A stretch of 64,000 nucleotides of DNA from Diplonema japonicum (Eukaryota > Protista > Euglenozoa: Diplonemea). Location of the stretch: NCBI GenBank assembly GCA_964019335.1, contig OZ025748.1, positions 124,001-188,000 of the forward strand. The letters run 5' to 3'. The notes below the pieces were generated by a model. It saw nothing but the letters and a program-made list of their open reading frames with translations, was not told where the DNA came from and searched no databases. Of this stretch, positions 1 through 12,339 are shown piece by piece; position 1 is the first letter of the stretch, and every line of letters begins with the position of its first letter. The translations under genes and the position numbers were made by a program.

Positions 1-774
1 TCTAAAATTTACACAAAGGTCGGTGTCGGGGCCGGCGCGGTACTCGCCGGAGCGAAACTGTGGGAGGTCCTACCAAAAGGTGTCGTTCCTGTCTGGGTGG
101 TCGGCCTAGCAGCACCGATCCCTTTCGCGATGTACGGTCTAAAACACAGAAAAACCGTCTTCACCATCCACAACAACACAGAATACGGTGCAGGCCTCCT
201 CATCGGTTGCAGCCTGGGTGGGTACTTCCTCGGCCCATTCGTCAAAATCGCAAAAGATTTACGTGTTCTCCACCCTTGGATGATCCTTACAACTTCAATC
301 TTAGCTGGGCATATTATCTCAGCCAACGCATCTGTAAACCCGCTGGAGGCTTTGCTTCAGTGTTCACCCGCGTCACTCTCTCTTGCTTCATCCCTCGGGT
401 ACTTAATCCTCGGTCCTGAACAAATGGCGCTCTATGGGGAAGCCATGCTTCAAGTCCAGGTGGTTGGTTCTGCGTTGCTCTCAGCGCATACTTACTGGTG
501 TCTTCACGTAGGGAACCCCCTTCATTTCGATATCAACACGCACGCTCTTGGTATTCTTGGTGTGGGGGTGTACACGTCGTGGGCGTTGCTCAGAATGGTT
601 ATTCGCACGATGACGGTGCCCTTCCAAGCAGCGATGGAGAAAAACAAGTACACCAAGTACTTCGCGGAGGGGGCCTCCGGTGCAGCGCTTTTCGTAGCTT
701 ACATTATTTTGAGCAAGCTCGCGATTGTCACAAAACAGCTCAGTATGCATGAGAAGATCAACATTGACATTTGA
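1..774 (+). CDS. Multi-pass membrane protein, 5'-partial, function unknown
   Basis: Frame open from base 1 to TGA 772-774; several hydrophobic segments; followed by a G-run spacer like other genes. Confidence 0.7.
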   Translation, partial: SKIYTKVGVGAGAVLAGAKLWEVLPKGVVPVWVVGLAAPIPFAMYGLKHRKTVFTIHNNTEYGAGLLIGCSLGGYFLGPFVKIAKDLRVLHPWMILTTSILAGHIISANASVNPLEALLQCSPASLSLASSLGYLILGPEQMALYGEAMLQVQVVGSALLSAHTYWCLHVGNPLHFDINTHALGILGVGVYTSWALLRMVIRTMTVPFQAAMEKNKYTKYFAEGASGAALFVAYIILSKLAIVTKQLSMHEKINIDI

Positions 775-959
775 GGGGGGGGGGGGGGGGGGAAATACGC
801 GGGGGGGACGGGGTAAATATCTAACCTTAAAGGGATAGTCGCTTGATGGCCTATTTTTTTTTTTTGTTAGTGTTTTTTTTTTTTTTTCTTTGTTCCCAAA
901 AAAAAATTCCCCCCCCAAAAAAATTTTTCAGGGAGGTGGGGAAAAAAAAAAAAAATCCA

Positions 960-3900
960 ATGCAAAAGCTACACGTGACACCCCTCAAGCTTGATGAAGG
1001 CGACGGCGACATGCCAACGGTACGCCAGGAGGACGACGGGTTGAGGTGCTTCGACGTGTCCGAAAATTTCATCGTGACGGGGTCAAACATGGGCGTGGTG
1101 TCCATCTACGACAGGGGCCAACGCGTGCTGTTGGGAAAATACAGCAATAAGGAAAGCATTCCACCGAGCGTGAGCACCGCCGTGGCGGCAGTATGCCACG
1201 TGGCGATATCACCGGACGAAGGCCGAATCTGCGCAGTCTTCGACACAGCAGGTGTTGCAGTGGTAACCACCTCCGGTCTTTCAAATCACAATCTATCAAT
1301 GCCGCTTCATCACCACACAATGCACGGAACCGAAGTAACATGTATAGCATGGGCAGCTGACAGAATTTTCACAGGGGACAAAGGAGGTTACGTCATCGCA
1401 ATGCAAAACACTCACGGCGACGCTGCCGTCGCTCTTCGCGAAGAGTGCGCGTTGGTTCAAATTTCAATTAAACAAAAAACCGCCGCTGTGTCCACACTGC
1501 GCCGCACGATAATGGTCCGGATAACAGACACCCCCGCACCAGGCGTGCAGGTAGGCGGACAATTAAGAGAAGGCGTTTACGGTGGTTGCTTAGCACACGG
1601 CTTCATCTACGCTTCCCGACCCCGAAAAGATTTCGACGCCAGAATCTGGAAAGCCGAACCCGAATCTGGTTCTGTAAAGAAAACTCTTATGTTCCGGCAC
1701 GTCCCAGACGTCGATTCAGAAAGAATTGTTGTAACCGGATGTTCATTTGATCTCAACGGGGTTTACGATAAAGTAGGAACGCACGACGGGAAGGCAAAGT
1801 ATAAACGACACGATGGTGGTGCCACATTATACTCCACAGCGGGTCTGTGGGCAGCAACGGATTCTTCTAAAAAAAAAGTTTTGTTGAAAACAGATGATCA
1901 TGGCGGCAGTGACGTTACACAGATGACGACATGGCAGGAGCTCCAACCGGACGAAAGCTACGCGCTTAACAAAACTGTGAAAGTCTACGATGAGATGTAC
2001 TTCAACAACCTGTCCCTTTCCGCCACTGACCGGCAGGAGCTGGCCACCGCGCATAAGACGAACCCTGTTCCCTACCTCGGTGATATTGAGGGCACCACAG
2101 AGCCTCTTCTTGCAGCATGGGGCGACGATGCTGTTCTGGTTCTGAACGCGCTTTCTGTCAAAGTGGTTTCAATGAAATTTCTCCGGGGGCTTATTCATGT
2201 TGTGCCCATGTCTATTGATGGTGTTCCGGTGCTCTACACGTTGCACCGCAGCGTGAAAAGCGACAAAAGAGTGTTTCTCAGCACTGTGTGGCTGTCCGAA
2301 AAATCCGCCTCTTCGCCCACCCCGCCCACCATTGCAGAGAGGTACTCCCCGGTTCTCAAGGAAAGGATGCGGAAAACAATCGATGCCACCGCCGCCCCAC
2401 CGCCCCCTTCCACCCAAGCAGCGGAGCCAACCCCCGAACCGATTGTTGAAACCAATGAAAAAGAACCGGAAAGCCCAAAGGAACTATCCGAGCCATCTGG
2501 GATTGACAATACCGATAACAAGTCCCCGGAGTCCCCTTCTCAACTTGAAGATGAGGACAAGTTGATTGCCGACGCTGCCGAAACTGTCATGTTGGGGGGA
2601 AATAACACATCAAGGCAAAGAGAAGTCACCACGGGTGAGATCGTCACAGAGAAGAAAAAAGTCAAAAAAATCGTGCGAAAAAAAACGAAGAAAGAGAAGC
2701 CCGAAAAGATCCCCTCTGTCGCCGACCTTTTGAACAACCCCGACCTGTCCCTCACACCCAACACTTTCGGGCCCGAAACGCTTCTCGAAGAGCAGCATAA
2801 GGAAAACGAAATGGAGAAGGAAAAGGAGGAGAGGAAGGAGCAAGAAGAAACATCACAGTCGTCTTCCCCTTCCCCCTCTCCCCCTCCACCTGTCGAAGAG
2901 GAGAAGAAAGACGATCATGAAGAAGCGAGAATAGAGGAGGCATCACCTGTTATATCTGAAGAGGAGAAGGACACCAGTGAAGCATCGCCGCCACCACCGC
3001 AACCGGCGCCTGTTCAAGAGGAAGAACCCTCTCGACCTCTTCCTCCTTCTCCTTCTTCGATTCCGTCTCCCGCACCTCCCACCGCAGACCCAGAGCCTGA
3101 TGTCAATGTTGGGGCAGAGTCTGTACCAGCCGCATCTACACCTTCTTTATCCGTGCCGGAACGCGAGATTTCTGTGCCGACCGTGGAGTCCCTTGCACGG
3201 GGACCTGATCCGTTGGCTGCGACGATGGCAGATCTACACCTCGCCTCCCATAAAAAATCGCAGGTTCAACAACCACAGGTTCTTCAAGCACAGCCACAGC
3301 ACACGGACCCTGTTGCGGATGTCATCGCGGATGAGTCGAAGGATGACAGCGACACCCCGGTCCTGGACGAAGACATCAACGGGTGGAGGGTCATGAGCCC
3401 GAGGGCGCTTGGAAACGACGAGTTGAAGAGCTTTATCGACACCACCGATCAGGTGCACATTGTCATCAGAGACTACAAATTGCAAACGGCATTTGATTCG
3501 ATGGCGTCGGCGCAGCGTCTGCGTGCGTTCACCGCTGTCACCGACTGGGTGGACCACGTGCTGACCATCCTCGACACAGACCTGCTTCTGCAGGGCACAC
3601 CGTCGAACAACAGAGGCACCATCGCATCTCCCACCGAAAGGGGCTCGCTTCAAAACAAAATGGCGGTTCTTATAGATGCGTACATAGCTTTCAGGTCGAA
3701 CTCCTCCCTTGTTTACCGTGGTCGGGAGATGCGGCCTGACTCCGAGGCGTTGGGGTGCACCGATGACAATGTTGTAGTTAGGCTGCTTCACTTCATGAAG
3801 AAACGCGGCCTGTTCAAGGAGATATCGTGCGACGAACTGACCGCCAACTGCGCGAACCTCGGCAGCAATTCTGGCAACTACGTCTCTGTGGCGTACCTCC

Positions 3901-4627
3901 TGCAGTGCATCATCCCAGGCGACAAGCTGCAACTGTTGAAAGGGTACCTCCCCCACCCGCAGACACAATTCTCAAACCTCATTGCTGACCTGTGGTCGCC
4001 TGTTAAGGAACTCGACCTCCAAGAAATGAAGAAAAGCTCCGGGGTAAACGGGGCGATCTTGAGAAGGGATCTCAACATGGTGCAGAAGCTTGAAGCTAAC
4101 TCCGACAAATCGTTTTTATCATTGGTTATATACTACCTCCCGTATCTATTTGCGGCAGGGAGTGATCAGGCGATGAAGGCGCAGAAGTTGGTTGTAAAGT
4201 GTTTCCCAAAAATCTCGTGGAAAATAGTACGAGCGGCCATATCTCGGAATGTTCAAGAAGAAGCGCACCGTGTGCTGGGGATAACCTGGGATACCAACCA
4301 GCACTGGATAGAGTATCAAGAGTTGTACCTTGACTATTGTAGGTTCCTCGCAGAGGAGTACCCAGAGCTGTGTCGTAACGATGCTTTTGTGGGGCAGTAC
4401 ATAAACGTGCTCGTGCATACCATCACGACGCTGCCTGTTTACCAAGCTTACCACAATTCTGTTGAGGAGGGTGGGTCTCCTGCGTCCCCTCGAGGTGGGT
4501 CGACAGCCATCGTGCAGCAGAGAGACATGCAAAGCATAAAACTGCGCAGGCTTGAAAGAGTCCTCAAAAAGATTATTTGCGACACAAAGGCGTATACTTA
4601 CAACCCTGAGGAGGTATTTCCCAAAAC

Positions 4628-4658
<31 letters not shown>

Positions 4659-4818
4659 TTCGTTCCATTTTCATCCGCAAGAAGTACTACTCCGGGCTTC
4701 TTATCCTGGGCAAGCAGACCCCACAGTTGATGAGCAACATCTATATGCAGCTTCTCCAGTGTGATCAAGGTGAAACTCTTTTGAATTATTTCAGGGTATG
4801 GAGTCAAGAGAGAAAGGG

Positions 4819-4852
<34 letters not shown>

Positions 4853-5042
4853 TAGGACGAGGTTGGTGATGATGAAAAGGAATGGATGAGCCTGATCAAG
4901 ACAGGGGCGCTGCTGAAGGCGGAACAGAAGGGAACACAACAAGGAGGCGCGGGACCCCTCGACTATGTCTCGTATTTGATGTGTGTGTGCCTAGGGCCAA
5001 AGAGGACTATGGAGGTGTGTAAGAAGTTACATTAAAAAAAAA

Positions 5043-5078
<36 letters not shown>

Positions 5079-5196
5079 GCTGTTATCTAAACACCTTGGA
5101 AGCGAAGTAGAATATGAGGATTTTTACAAAAAGCTCGCCATTTTAGTCCGGTGTCCACCTGTTGGGGCTGTAGGGACGAACAAAAGGAAAAAATAA
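960..5196 (+). CDS. HPS5/TECPR2-like WD40 beta-propeller protein, 4 exons (960-4613, 4658-4795, 4856-5014, 5080-5196)
   Basis: ATG 960 follows an A-run; N-terminal WD40-like strands with VSTLRRT..GVYGGC..IYASRP..RIW matching the HPS5/TECPR2 pattern; acidic/Pro-rich linker; three phase-0 GT-AG introns give a continuous frame to TAA 5194-5196. Confidence 0.75.
4614..4657 (+). other. 44-nt GT-AG intron, poly(A) body, AAAAAG acceptor
   Basis: GAG|GTATTT...AAAAAG|GTT; removal fixes a frameshift and opens the next exon. Confidence 0.8.
4796..4855 (+). other. 60-nt GT-AG intron, purine/poly(A) body
   Basis: AGG|GTATGG...AATTGTAG|GAC; the acceptor TAG would be an in-frame stop if retained. Confidence 0.8.
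5015..5079 (+). other. 65-nt GT-AG intron, A-run then T-run
   Basis: GAG|GTGTGT...TTTTACAG|CTG; next exon open to TAA 5196. Confidence 0.75.
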
Positions 5197-5690
5197 ACGT
5201 TTTTTTTTTTTTTTTTGCCCCGCAGTTTTCATTTATTATAATTTGCTCCCCTTTCATCTAGGTAGGCTACAGCATTTGGGGAGAGGGGAGGGGGTGGGGG
5301 GGGGGGGGGGTGAATAACACAGGGGGGGAAATAAAATAAAAAAGCTCGTGCCTCATATTTTTTTACCCCCCCCCCCTGCCTCCGAGAGTTTCTTATTTCT
5401 TACTTTCCCCTTCTTTTAGTACCCCACCCCGCCATTCTCGCCAAGTCAAAAAAAAAAAGAAAATGGAAAAAAAAAAAAAGAAAATCTTTCCCTTTTTTTT
5501 TTATTTCTTGAAATAACTTAGAAAATGAAAAACCAAAAAAAAAAAAATCTCTGTTTTACAGTTACTCTTATTAAAACAGACCTGTGTGTTGGGTTTTTAA
5601 AAAGAAAAAGAAAAAATGTGTTCCCTTGGTTTTTGCCTGTCGTTTATTTTATCAGGCGTCCTGCCACATACCGCAGGTACCCTTAAATGT

Positions 5691-5721
<31 letters not shown>

Positions 5722-6440
5722 ATTCTCTGTTTTAGTCTTGTGCAAGCGAGGGGGGGGGGGGGGGGGGTCGGAGGAGGAGAAAGAGAGAAAGAGATAAAAA
5801 AGGAGAGAGGGGGGGGGGGGGGGGGGCAATAGGGACAAAAAGAGTAAAGGAAAAACCGTGTTTTCCTCTTCCCTGCTTTTTCTCTTCCACTCCTTGTTGA
5901 AAGAAAAAAAAATCGTGTGAGTAGTTTTGTGATCTTTCTTTTATATTTTTTTCATTGCACGCTTAACGCCACCTAGTGTTGCAATCAAAGCCCCATTTAT
6001 CCTCCGCACTTTTGCAAAACTGTAAATCTCTTGTCCAAGACTAAAAAGATTTTACAGTAACACTCCCCCCCCTCTTTTTTTTTATATTATTTCTCTTTCT
6101 TCTCTTTCCCTCCTTTTTCGTCCCTTTTTGTTCTCCCCTCCCCACCCTCGTTCTCTGCTTTCCGGGTGTCGGTACAAAAAAAAAAAAAAATCCGTTTTAT
6201 ATTTTCTTTTTTTCTTCTTTTTTTTAAGGGGTGGTCCTTCAAAGTCGGATTTTCCCTTTAAAAAAAAAAAAAACATCGTTCTTTTTTTTTTTTCTTCTTC
6301 TTCCCCCTCCCCCTATTCTTTCCCCGTTTTTTTTTTTTTTTTTTTTTTTTGCCTCTCCCCCCCCTCCCAACGCAGTGTGTGTTTTGTGATTTCTTTTTTG
6401 AAAAAGGAAAAAAAAAAAAAAAATCTCGTCGGATCAATAA

Positions 6441-6479
<39 letters not shown>

Positions 6480-6480
6480 A

Positions 6481-8073
6481 TATGGCATCGTTTCAAAACC
6501 CCCCCCCCCAAAAAATGAGGCCAATTGACACTTTCAATATTTCTCTAAGTACTTTTTCCCAAAGAAAAAAAATTCTACAACTTTCCCGGCCCAGGTTAGG
6601 AAAGAAAACACCCCAGAAAATGGGAAAGTGAGTGTTACTAGTACCCAGAAAATTCAGTCCTAGGGGCAAAAATGGGTTTTTTCACTTTGCACAAATTCAG
6701 TAAAAGAGGGGGTGACAAAAATGGATGCTTTTAAACTTGCTGTTGAGAAGCTAGGGGTAAAAAAAAATGGTATTCGGACCGAGAAAGGGTAAATGGGAAC
6801 ACCACGGCGATCAGGACACTCGCCACAGAGGTTTTTGAGAAGCTCAGTGGCAACGACTGTGCTGCACTAGTTTGTGGCGTAGTGTGTAAAGGGGAACTTC
6901 TAGCGGCACTTCTGCTATCATTTTCTGGTTGATTTAGTAGCCAACAAGACACCACACGGCGCCAATTGGTCAGAGGCATGAGGCTTGACCACATCACACA
7001 TGATGAAATAAGGGCAGCTGGCCTGTTGGAAAAGTCTTGTTCCACAGTAGCATGGGCACAGAAAAAAATAAAGAAAAAAATGGAGTGGATACTCTGGACT
7101 GACGGTGGGCGTCACTTTCGTGCAAAGGAATTTTGCTACTTTGTTCTTTTTGGTCTTCGTTATGTATATCCCGATCGGACGTTTTCCCTGTGGTTTCTGG
7201 GGGAGAAACACGGCAAAAACAACAGGGACAGCCACTTTGGTGTGCTCTCTCGTGTTTGGTTTTGGGTGCCTCGTTCCACAACAATTAAAACTGTGGAACA
7301 AATAGCTAACATCACCAATACGATACGGTGCGCCGTGCATGTAGTTACTGATGTCTTTGGCCCGTACAAAAAAGAAAATTCTTGAGTTTCCGGATTTTAC
7401 AGGTGCATATGAGCTCAGGAGCACACCGGAGGGTGTATTTGCTACGTGCGCGTCCACGAGCTAGAAAGAACTAAAGTACATCATCAAAGAACTCGATGCA
7501 GACAGGGCAGAGAAAAGGCCCCCAGTCTATGAATCTTGTGATGAGTATGAGGACGTTCCTGATAGCCTTCCCGGACTTGAAAAACGAGAAAGAATAGTAA
7601 CCAAATTACAAAAATACTCGACACCCCATGACAAGCCCAAAGCACCAAGTACACCTACGAATGAGCCTCTTAAAACCCCCCAAAATGCGGTAGAAGGCCT
7701 AATAGTATGAAAAAGAAACGAGGTCGCCCACACAGCAGCAGCACATCTCAGCCGCAGAAGACTAGGAAATGAATGTTTCCACTTCCAACATCATTTCAGC
7801 CACCTTCTAGCAGTGAGTTCCGCTATTTCTTGCTATTGAAAGCATACTCTCTGACTTTACCAAAACCACTAAAACCCGATTTTTACCCTAAGACTGAATT
7901 TTTCATAGGTCAAAATAGCACCCTTGAGCGATTTCTGACCCGGGTTCTTTCCTAATATGGGCCGGGAAATATGGAGAATTTTTTTTAAAGGGGGCGGCAT
8001 GCCCAAAGATGCAACGAAAGTGTCAATTGGCCTCATTTTGGGGGGGGTTTTTTTTTTTGAAATCGACCCATAT
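6481..8073 (+). mobile_element. Degenerate, internally deleted DNA transposon with ~200-bp imperfect TIRs; Sola-like DDD transposase fragment (6966-7385)
   Basis: Left TATGG..TTTCAAAA..AAAATGAGGCCAATTGACACTTTC..TTTCCCGGCCCA..TTAGGAAAGAA..AAAATTCAGTC is mirrored at 7871-8073; fragment WTDGGRHFR..GEKHGKNNRDSHFG resembles the Sola-type WSDG/HGK-x-x-x-D motifs; left end lies next to (TA)n. Confidence 0.75.
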
Positions 8074-8103
8074 ATAAAAGGAGAGGGGAGGGGGGGAAAA
8101 TAA

Positions 8104-10104
8104 ATGAGCTCGGCCTCGGACCCCTTCACCGTCTACCTAGCATGCCAGCTCAGCGTGGCTGTGTATTATGAACCGGGCCATCAAAACTACAGGGACTTCG
8201 AGGTGTTTGCCTTCCAAGGCATCGGGGAGACAAAGGCGGTCCACAAAGGCGCGGTGCCCGACGGCGACAGCGACAGATTTCACAAGTGCCAGTGGGTAGC
8301 AGCGTTTCCAAAAACGGGTGTGGGGAAGGACACTTTGTTTATAGCGTTCAAGGGAACTTCTGAAGCAATCGACGCCTTGCTCGACCTGTCCTTCATGGAC
8401 ATAAAAACAAAAAGGGGAAACCGTGTACATTCAGGTGTATACGCTGGGATTCAAGACGAAATAGGACGAATCTATGAAGCGGTGAAGAACGCCAAAGAAT
8501 GGTTGAAAACTAAACGTGTCGTCTTCACAGGCCACTCATTAGGTGGGGCGTACGGTTCGCTAGCGTTACTCGAATATCTGTCTCCGCCGCTCCCTGCAGC
8601 TTACGACGATATTTCCGGCCCGTGGCCGGAAGATCTTGGCGCGGAGGCGATTACATTCGGTACACCAGTGTTTCTTCGAGCAGACCCTCCCTCGTCAGTT
8701 CGTATGACGCATTTTGTATTGAATTACGACATTGTCCCCCGGTTGTTTGTGTTGCAAAACTCCACGCTTGCAGCAATCATCGAGGAAGCTCCGAAGATGG
8801 CGGGCGGCGTCATCGCGCAACAGATTGCAAGCATCGCGTTGAAGCAATCAGGTTTGACATCGATGAAAATTTCCGCGACGTTTGACAATCTTAGAAAAGG
8901 CTACGCTCCCGCGGGTTGTTTCGTGTTTCTACAAATGTCGAACAATGGTTCCAAACTATTTGGGTCGGCGTCGGTTATCCACCCGGAAAATGGAAAATCA
9001 TGCAATCCAACCGCAAAGGCTGCTCTTCAGTACTTCCCGTCCATTGACCCATCATGCCCGTGCCTTCGAACTCTGAAAGATGAAAAAGTTCAGATTATTT
9101 CGAAATCGTTGGAGGATCATGGGGTGTACCGGTACCTCAACTCCGTTCGATGTCTTTTATCGCAACCGATCTCTTTTACTAAAGCAGTGGTGACGCCGCG
9201 AAGACGTCTGCCCGTTATACGAAACCCGCCTTCTTCCGCATCTTTAACACCCCCGCCATCTATCGGTGCTATGCGACGTGTGTCCACCCCATGGTGCCTG
9301 CTTTCTAGAAACCGAAAAAAAACCCTTCATCTCAGCGTTTTTCACAAAGGTGTTGAATCGTGGAAAACCACGGTCACACCGTTGTCCACAATAGTCCTGC
9401 AAGGTGTAAAACAGCCTGGTGACGTTCTTCGTATTAAAGACGAATTAGATGTCATGGTAGCAGAGGCTGTAATCCCTCCGAAGAACAGCACCTTTGGAAA
9501 TTCCCATCTTGTTCTTGAACACTGCGGGGTTTCTGGGTACGTTTTGTATGAATCAGTTCTAGATGAAGGGAAGGAAATTGACATCCGATGTCTTTACCCG
9601 CAAAACGTGGAAAATTGGAGATTGCACGTTCACAAACTTGCGTACTACACCTCGGGTATGGGGGAAGGACATTGGGATCTCACCGACAATTTCGGTGCTG
9701 GGGTTGTGGAGGAAAAATGGAAAGAAGACGATGCTGCTCCTACTTGTAGAGGGTGTTTGGTTGTTGCGTTCTCGGTTAAGGGAGTAAAACGAACGTATTG
9801 CCACAAATGTGGGCTGGCTCACTGTCCAACCTGCCTTCCTTTTGTTGAACATTCTCTCCATGCATTTATTAACAAAGCCTCTCCTATCTGTAAAAAATGT
9901 AATGATCACATGGCGTCGCAGTTGGTGCTTGCACAAAAGGCTTCTTCAGAGGCGAGGTCTTTCCTCTCGTTGTTCTGTCTGGCACGGGCGAAACCCGATA
10001 TTGTTACACCCGAGATGCTGAATTTGATCTTGCCTTTTCTTGTGAAAAGTGTTGTAGAGCAAAGTGTTGTGAAGGCAAAGAAGAAGTTTCGGTTCGATTG
10101 GTAG
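8104..10104 (+). CDS. Class 3 lipase with C-terminal FYVE-like zinc finger
   Basis: IAFKGT, VHSGVY, TGHSLGG nucleophile elbow, ITFGTP, DIVPRL; C-terminal WKEDD-CxxC..CxxC..CxxC..CxxC. Confidence 0.85.
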   Translation: MSSASDPFTVYLACQLSVAVYYEPGHQNYRDFEVFAFQGIGETKAVHKGAVPDGDSDRFHKCQWVAAFPKTGVGKDTLFIAFKGTSEAIDALLDLSFMDIKTKRGNRVHSGVYAGIQDEIGRIYEAVKNAKEWLKTKRVVFTGHSLGGAYGSLALLEYLSPPLPAAYDDISGPWPEDLGAEAITFGTPVFLRADPPSSVRMTHFVLNYDIVPRLFVLQNSTLAAIIEEAPKMAGGVIAQQIASIALKQSGLTSMKISATFDNLRKGYAPAGCFVFLQMSNNGSKLFGSASVIHPENGKSCNPTAKAALQYFPSIDPSCPCLRTLKDEKVQIISKSLEDHGVYRYLNSVRCLLSQPISFTKAVVTPRRRLPVIRNPPSSASLTPPPSIGAMRRVSTPWCLLSRNRKKTLHLSVFHKGVESWKTTVTPLSTIVLQGVKQPGDVLRIKDELDVMVAEAVIPPKNSTFGNSHLVLEHCGVSGYVLYESVLDEGKEIDIRCLYPQNVENWRLHVHKLAYYTSGMGEGHWDLTDNFGAGVVEEKWKEDDAAPTCRGCLVVAFSVKGVKRTYCHKCGLAHCPTCLPFVEHSLHAFINKASPICKKCNDHMASQLVLAQKASSEARSFLSLFCLARAKPDIVTPEMLNLILPFLVKSVVEQSVVKAKKKFRFDW

Positions 10105-10107
10105 CTG

Positions 10108-10138
<31 letters not shown>

Positions 10139-10635
10139 GAGAGAGGTTTTTTTTGAGGGAAAGTGTCTTTCTTTCACTTTATCGTCCTTTTTTTTTTTTC
10201 TTTTTTTTTTTCTTTTTTTTTTTTCTCAATTCATCCAAAAAAGAAAGAAGAAAAAAAAAAACTGTACGCATACGACTGCTTCCTCCTGACCGAAGTGCTT
10301 TTTTTTTTTTTTTTTTTTTTCGAATTCGTTGGCAAAAAAAAAAAAAAAAAAAAAAAAATGTGTTGACGGGTTATAAACCTTTTTTTTCGCCAAGCTTTTT
10401 TTTTCTTTCATTTTCTTTTTTTTTTCAGGTGTCAGGCGTCCTGCCACATAAATGTCTCTTTTTTTTTTTTTTTTTTTTTTTACCCTAACAGTACGTAGAA
10501 AACAACGGCCAGTTCCTCTTTATTTAGATGATTGATTCACTTTATTTATTTTTTTTTTTTTTTTTGCTTTTTCGTGTATTTCTTTTTTTCCCATGTGTGT
10601 GCCAATTTACTTGTCGTGAGGAAAAAGGTAGGAAC

Positions 10636-10682
<47 letters not shown>

Positions 10683-10977
10683 AAGAAGAAGAAAGAAAAG
10701 ATAGAAAACAAAAGAGGGCTTAATGATTAAGAGAATAAAGAAAGAAAAAAAAAGAAAAAGATATAAAAAAAAAGGAATCGAATTAACACCCCCCTTTTCT
10801 TTTTCTTCTTCCCTTCCTTTTCATTTCTTCCTTCTCTCTTTTTTTTTTTTTTTTCTTCTCCATATTTTGTGAATTTCTACCTGAACAGTGAGCACCCATG
10901 CACACTGAAATTTTATCGAGTTTTGTTTCGCCTTTTTTTTTTTTTTTCCCTCAAGGGAAAAAAAAATAATAATAATA

Positions 10978-11075
10978 ATAGCTATTGCTGCTGGTAAAAG
11001 ACATTACTTGGTGGTAGGTAAGCAGTTTTATTTCACTTCAGAAAGACTTCACCATGAAGGACAAAGGGGTACAAA
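10978..11075. repeat. Deleted copy of the dispersed element end found at 38378-38585
   Basis: Shares ATAGCTAT, CATTACTTGG(T/C)GGTAGGTAAG, TTTTATTTCAC, ACTTCACCA and AAGGGGTACAA with that locus, but lacks the long hairpin. Confidence 0.7.
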
Positions 11076-11415
11076 AACGGTTTCAGCAACATGCCAAAGT
11101 AGGTCCACGGAAGGGCGGGAACAGTCGACCTACTACCAAATAAAAACCCCTATTCCTTTTTCATGGATAAACAGGTTGAAAAAGCCTCCCCCCCCCGGAG
11201 CCGCGTAAAAATAATTATTTTTTTTTCCAGAAGAGTGAAATAGTTTAAAAAAAAAACGATGAACCCTTTCCCCCCCCCCTTTTTTTTCCTTTCAAAAAAA
11301 ATACTGTATTCAAAAAAAAAAAAAACACCAAAAAAAAAAAAGGGATTTTTTTTTTTTCTCTTCTTCTGGATGCCATAAGAAAAGAGAAAAAAAAGAAGAA
11401 GAAGAAAAAAAAAAT

Positions 11416-12339
11416 ATGGCAGCAATCCCAAGCCATGAAGGCGCGAACATCTTTCAAGAGGCCGCGAGAAGAATGAGACACCGAGAGAGACGGCTAGAAT
11501 GGAGAGAAGAACACACCGAGCAGGTCAAAAGATGGGCGGTAAGGGTCTTGGAGGGAAGCTTGTTGGGGGTATTCATCCCGAACCACCACCAAGAAGAACC
11601 ACAGGACGAAGGATTATCACCTTTAATGGCAATCGGGAGCGACCTCTCCTGCGCACTAGGCACCGCTGGGGTAGATGCCGCAGGATGGATGGCCTTAACA
11701 AATGGGTACAAGCACATTATTGGCGACAACGACACAGCTGTTCACATAGCATCCTGGGCTACACAATCTTTGCTGAAAGAACTCAAAGGAGAGGTGACCG
11801 AGGCTTCTCTGGACATTAAGTACAAAATGCGGAGGAGCTTGTCAAAAAGAGCTGCAAAAATTATGTCGAATACAGTTTTAGAAGTCTCCAAGAACACAGC
11901 GTCGATGCTTGCAGTGCAGTACATCCCGCCTCACTTAACACAGTGGTTCCCTTCTCTTTCGGAGTCTCCTCGGAAATTGCAGATTCTTTCTTCAACGTTG
12001 GTGCCGTTTGGAGCTATGTTAGCAACAGAGACGGTTCTACGACAAGCGCCTCCGTTGGGCCCAACTGTTGTGAACTTTCTGTGGTTCGCTCTTGTCCAGT
12101 CTGCGTTCAGTCCTCACCCGCAGCCGCCTTTAGGACCCCCACCGCTTCAGATCATGGGTCTGCCCAGCACCGCCACCCCTGCTCAAATACAATCGAGATA
12201 TCGAACCGTCGCTCTCGCCCTGCACCCCGACAACGCCGGTACCCACCCACCCCCGGACCTTAAAGGAGCAGAGTTCGGTGATTTCACACGAGCCTACAAT
12301 CAATTAATGAAAACTCGCGGTGGACGGGGCACACGGTGA
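11416..12339 (+). CDS. Protein with C-terminal DnaJ (J) domain
   Basis: LQIMGLPSTATPAQIQSRYRTVALALHPDN..AYNQL with the HPD motif; ATG follows an A-run. Confidence 0.8.
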   Translation: MAAIPSHEGANIFQEAARRMRHRERRLEWREEHTEQVKRWAVRVLEGSLLGVFIPNHHQEEPQDEGLSPLMAIGSDLSCALGTAGVDAAGWMALTNGYKHIIGDNDTAVHIASWATQSLLKELKGEVTEASLDIKYKMRRSLSKRAAKIMSNTVLEVSKNTASMLAVQYIPPHLTQWFPSLSESPRKLQILSSTLVPFGAMLATETVLRQAPPLGPTVVNFLWFALVQSAFSPHPQPPLGPPPLQIMGLPSTATPAQIQSRYRTVALALHPDNAGTHPPPDLKGAEFGDFTRAYNQLMKTRGGRGTR

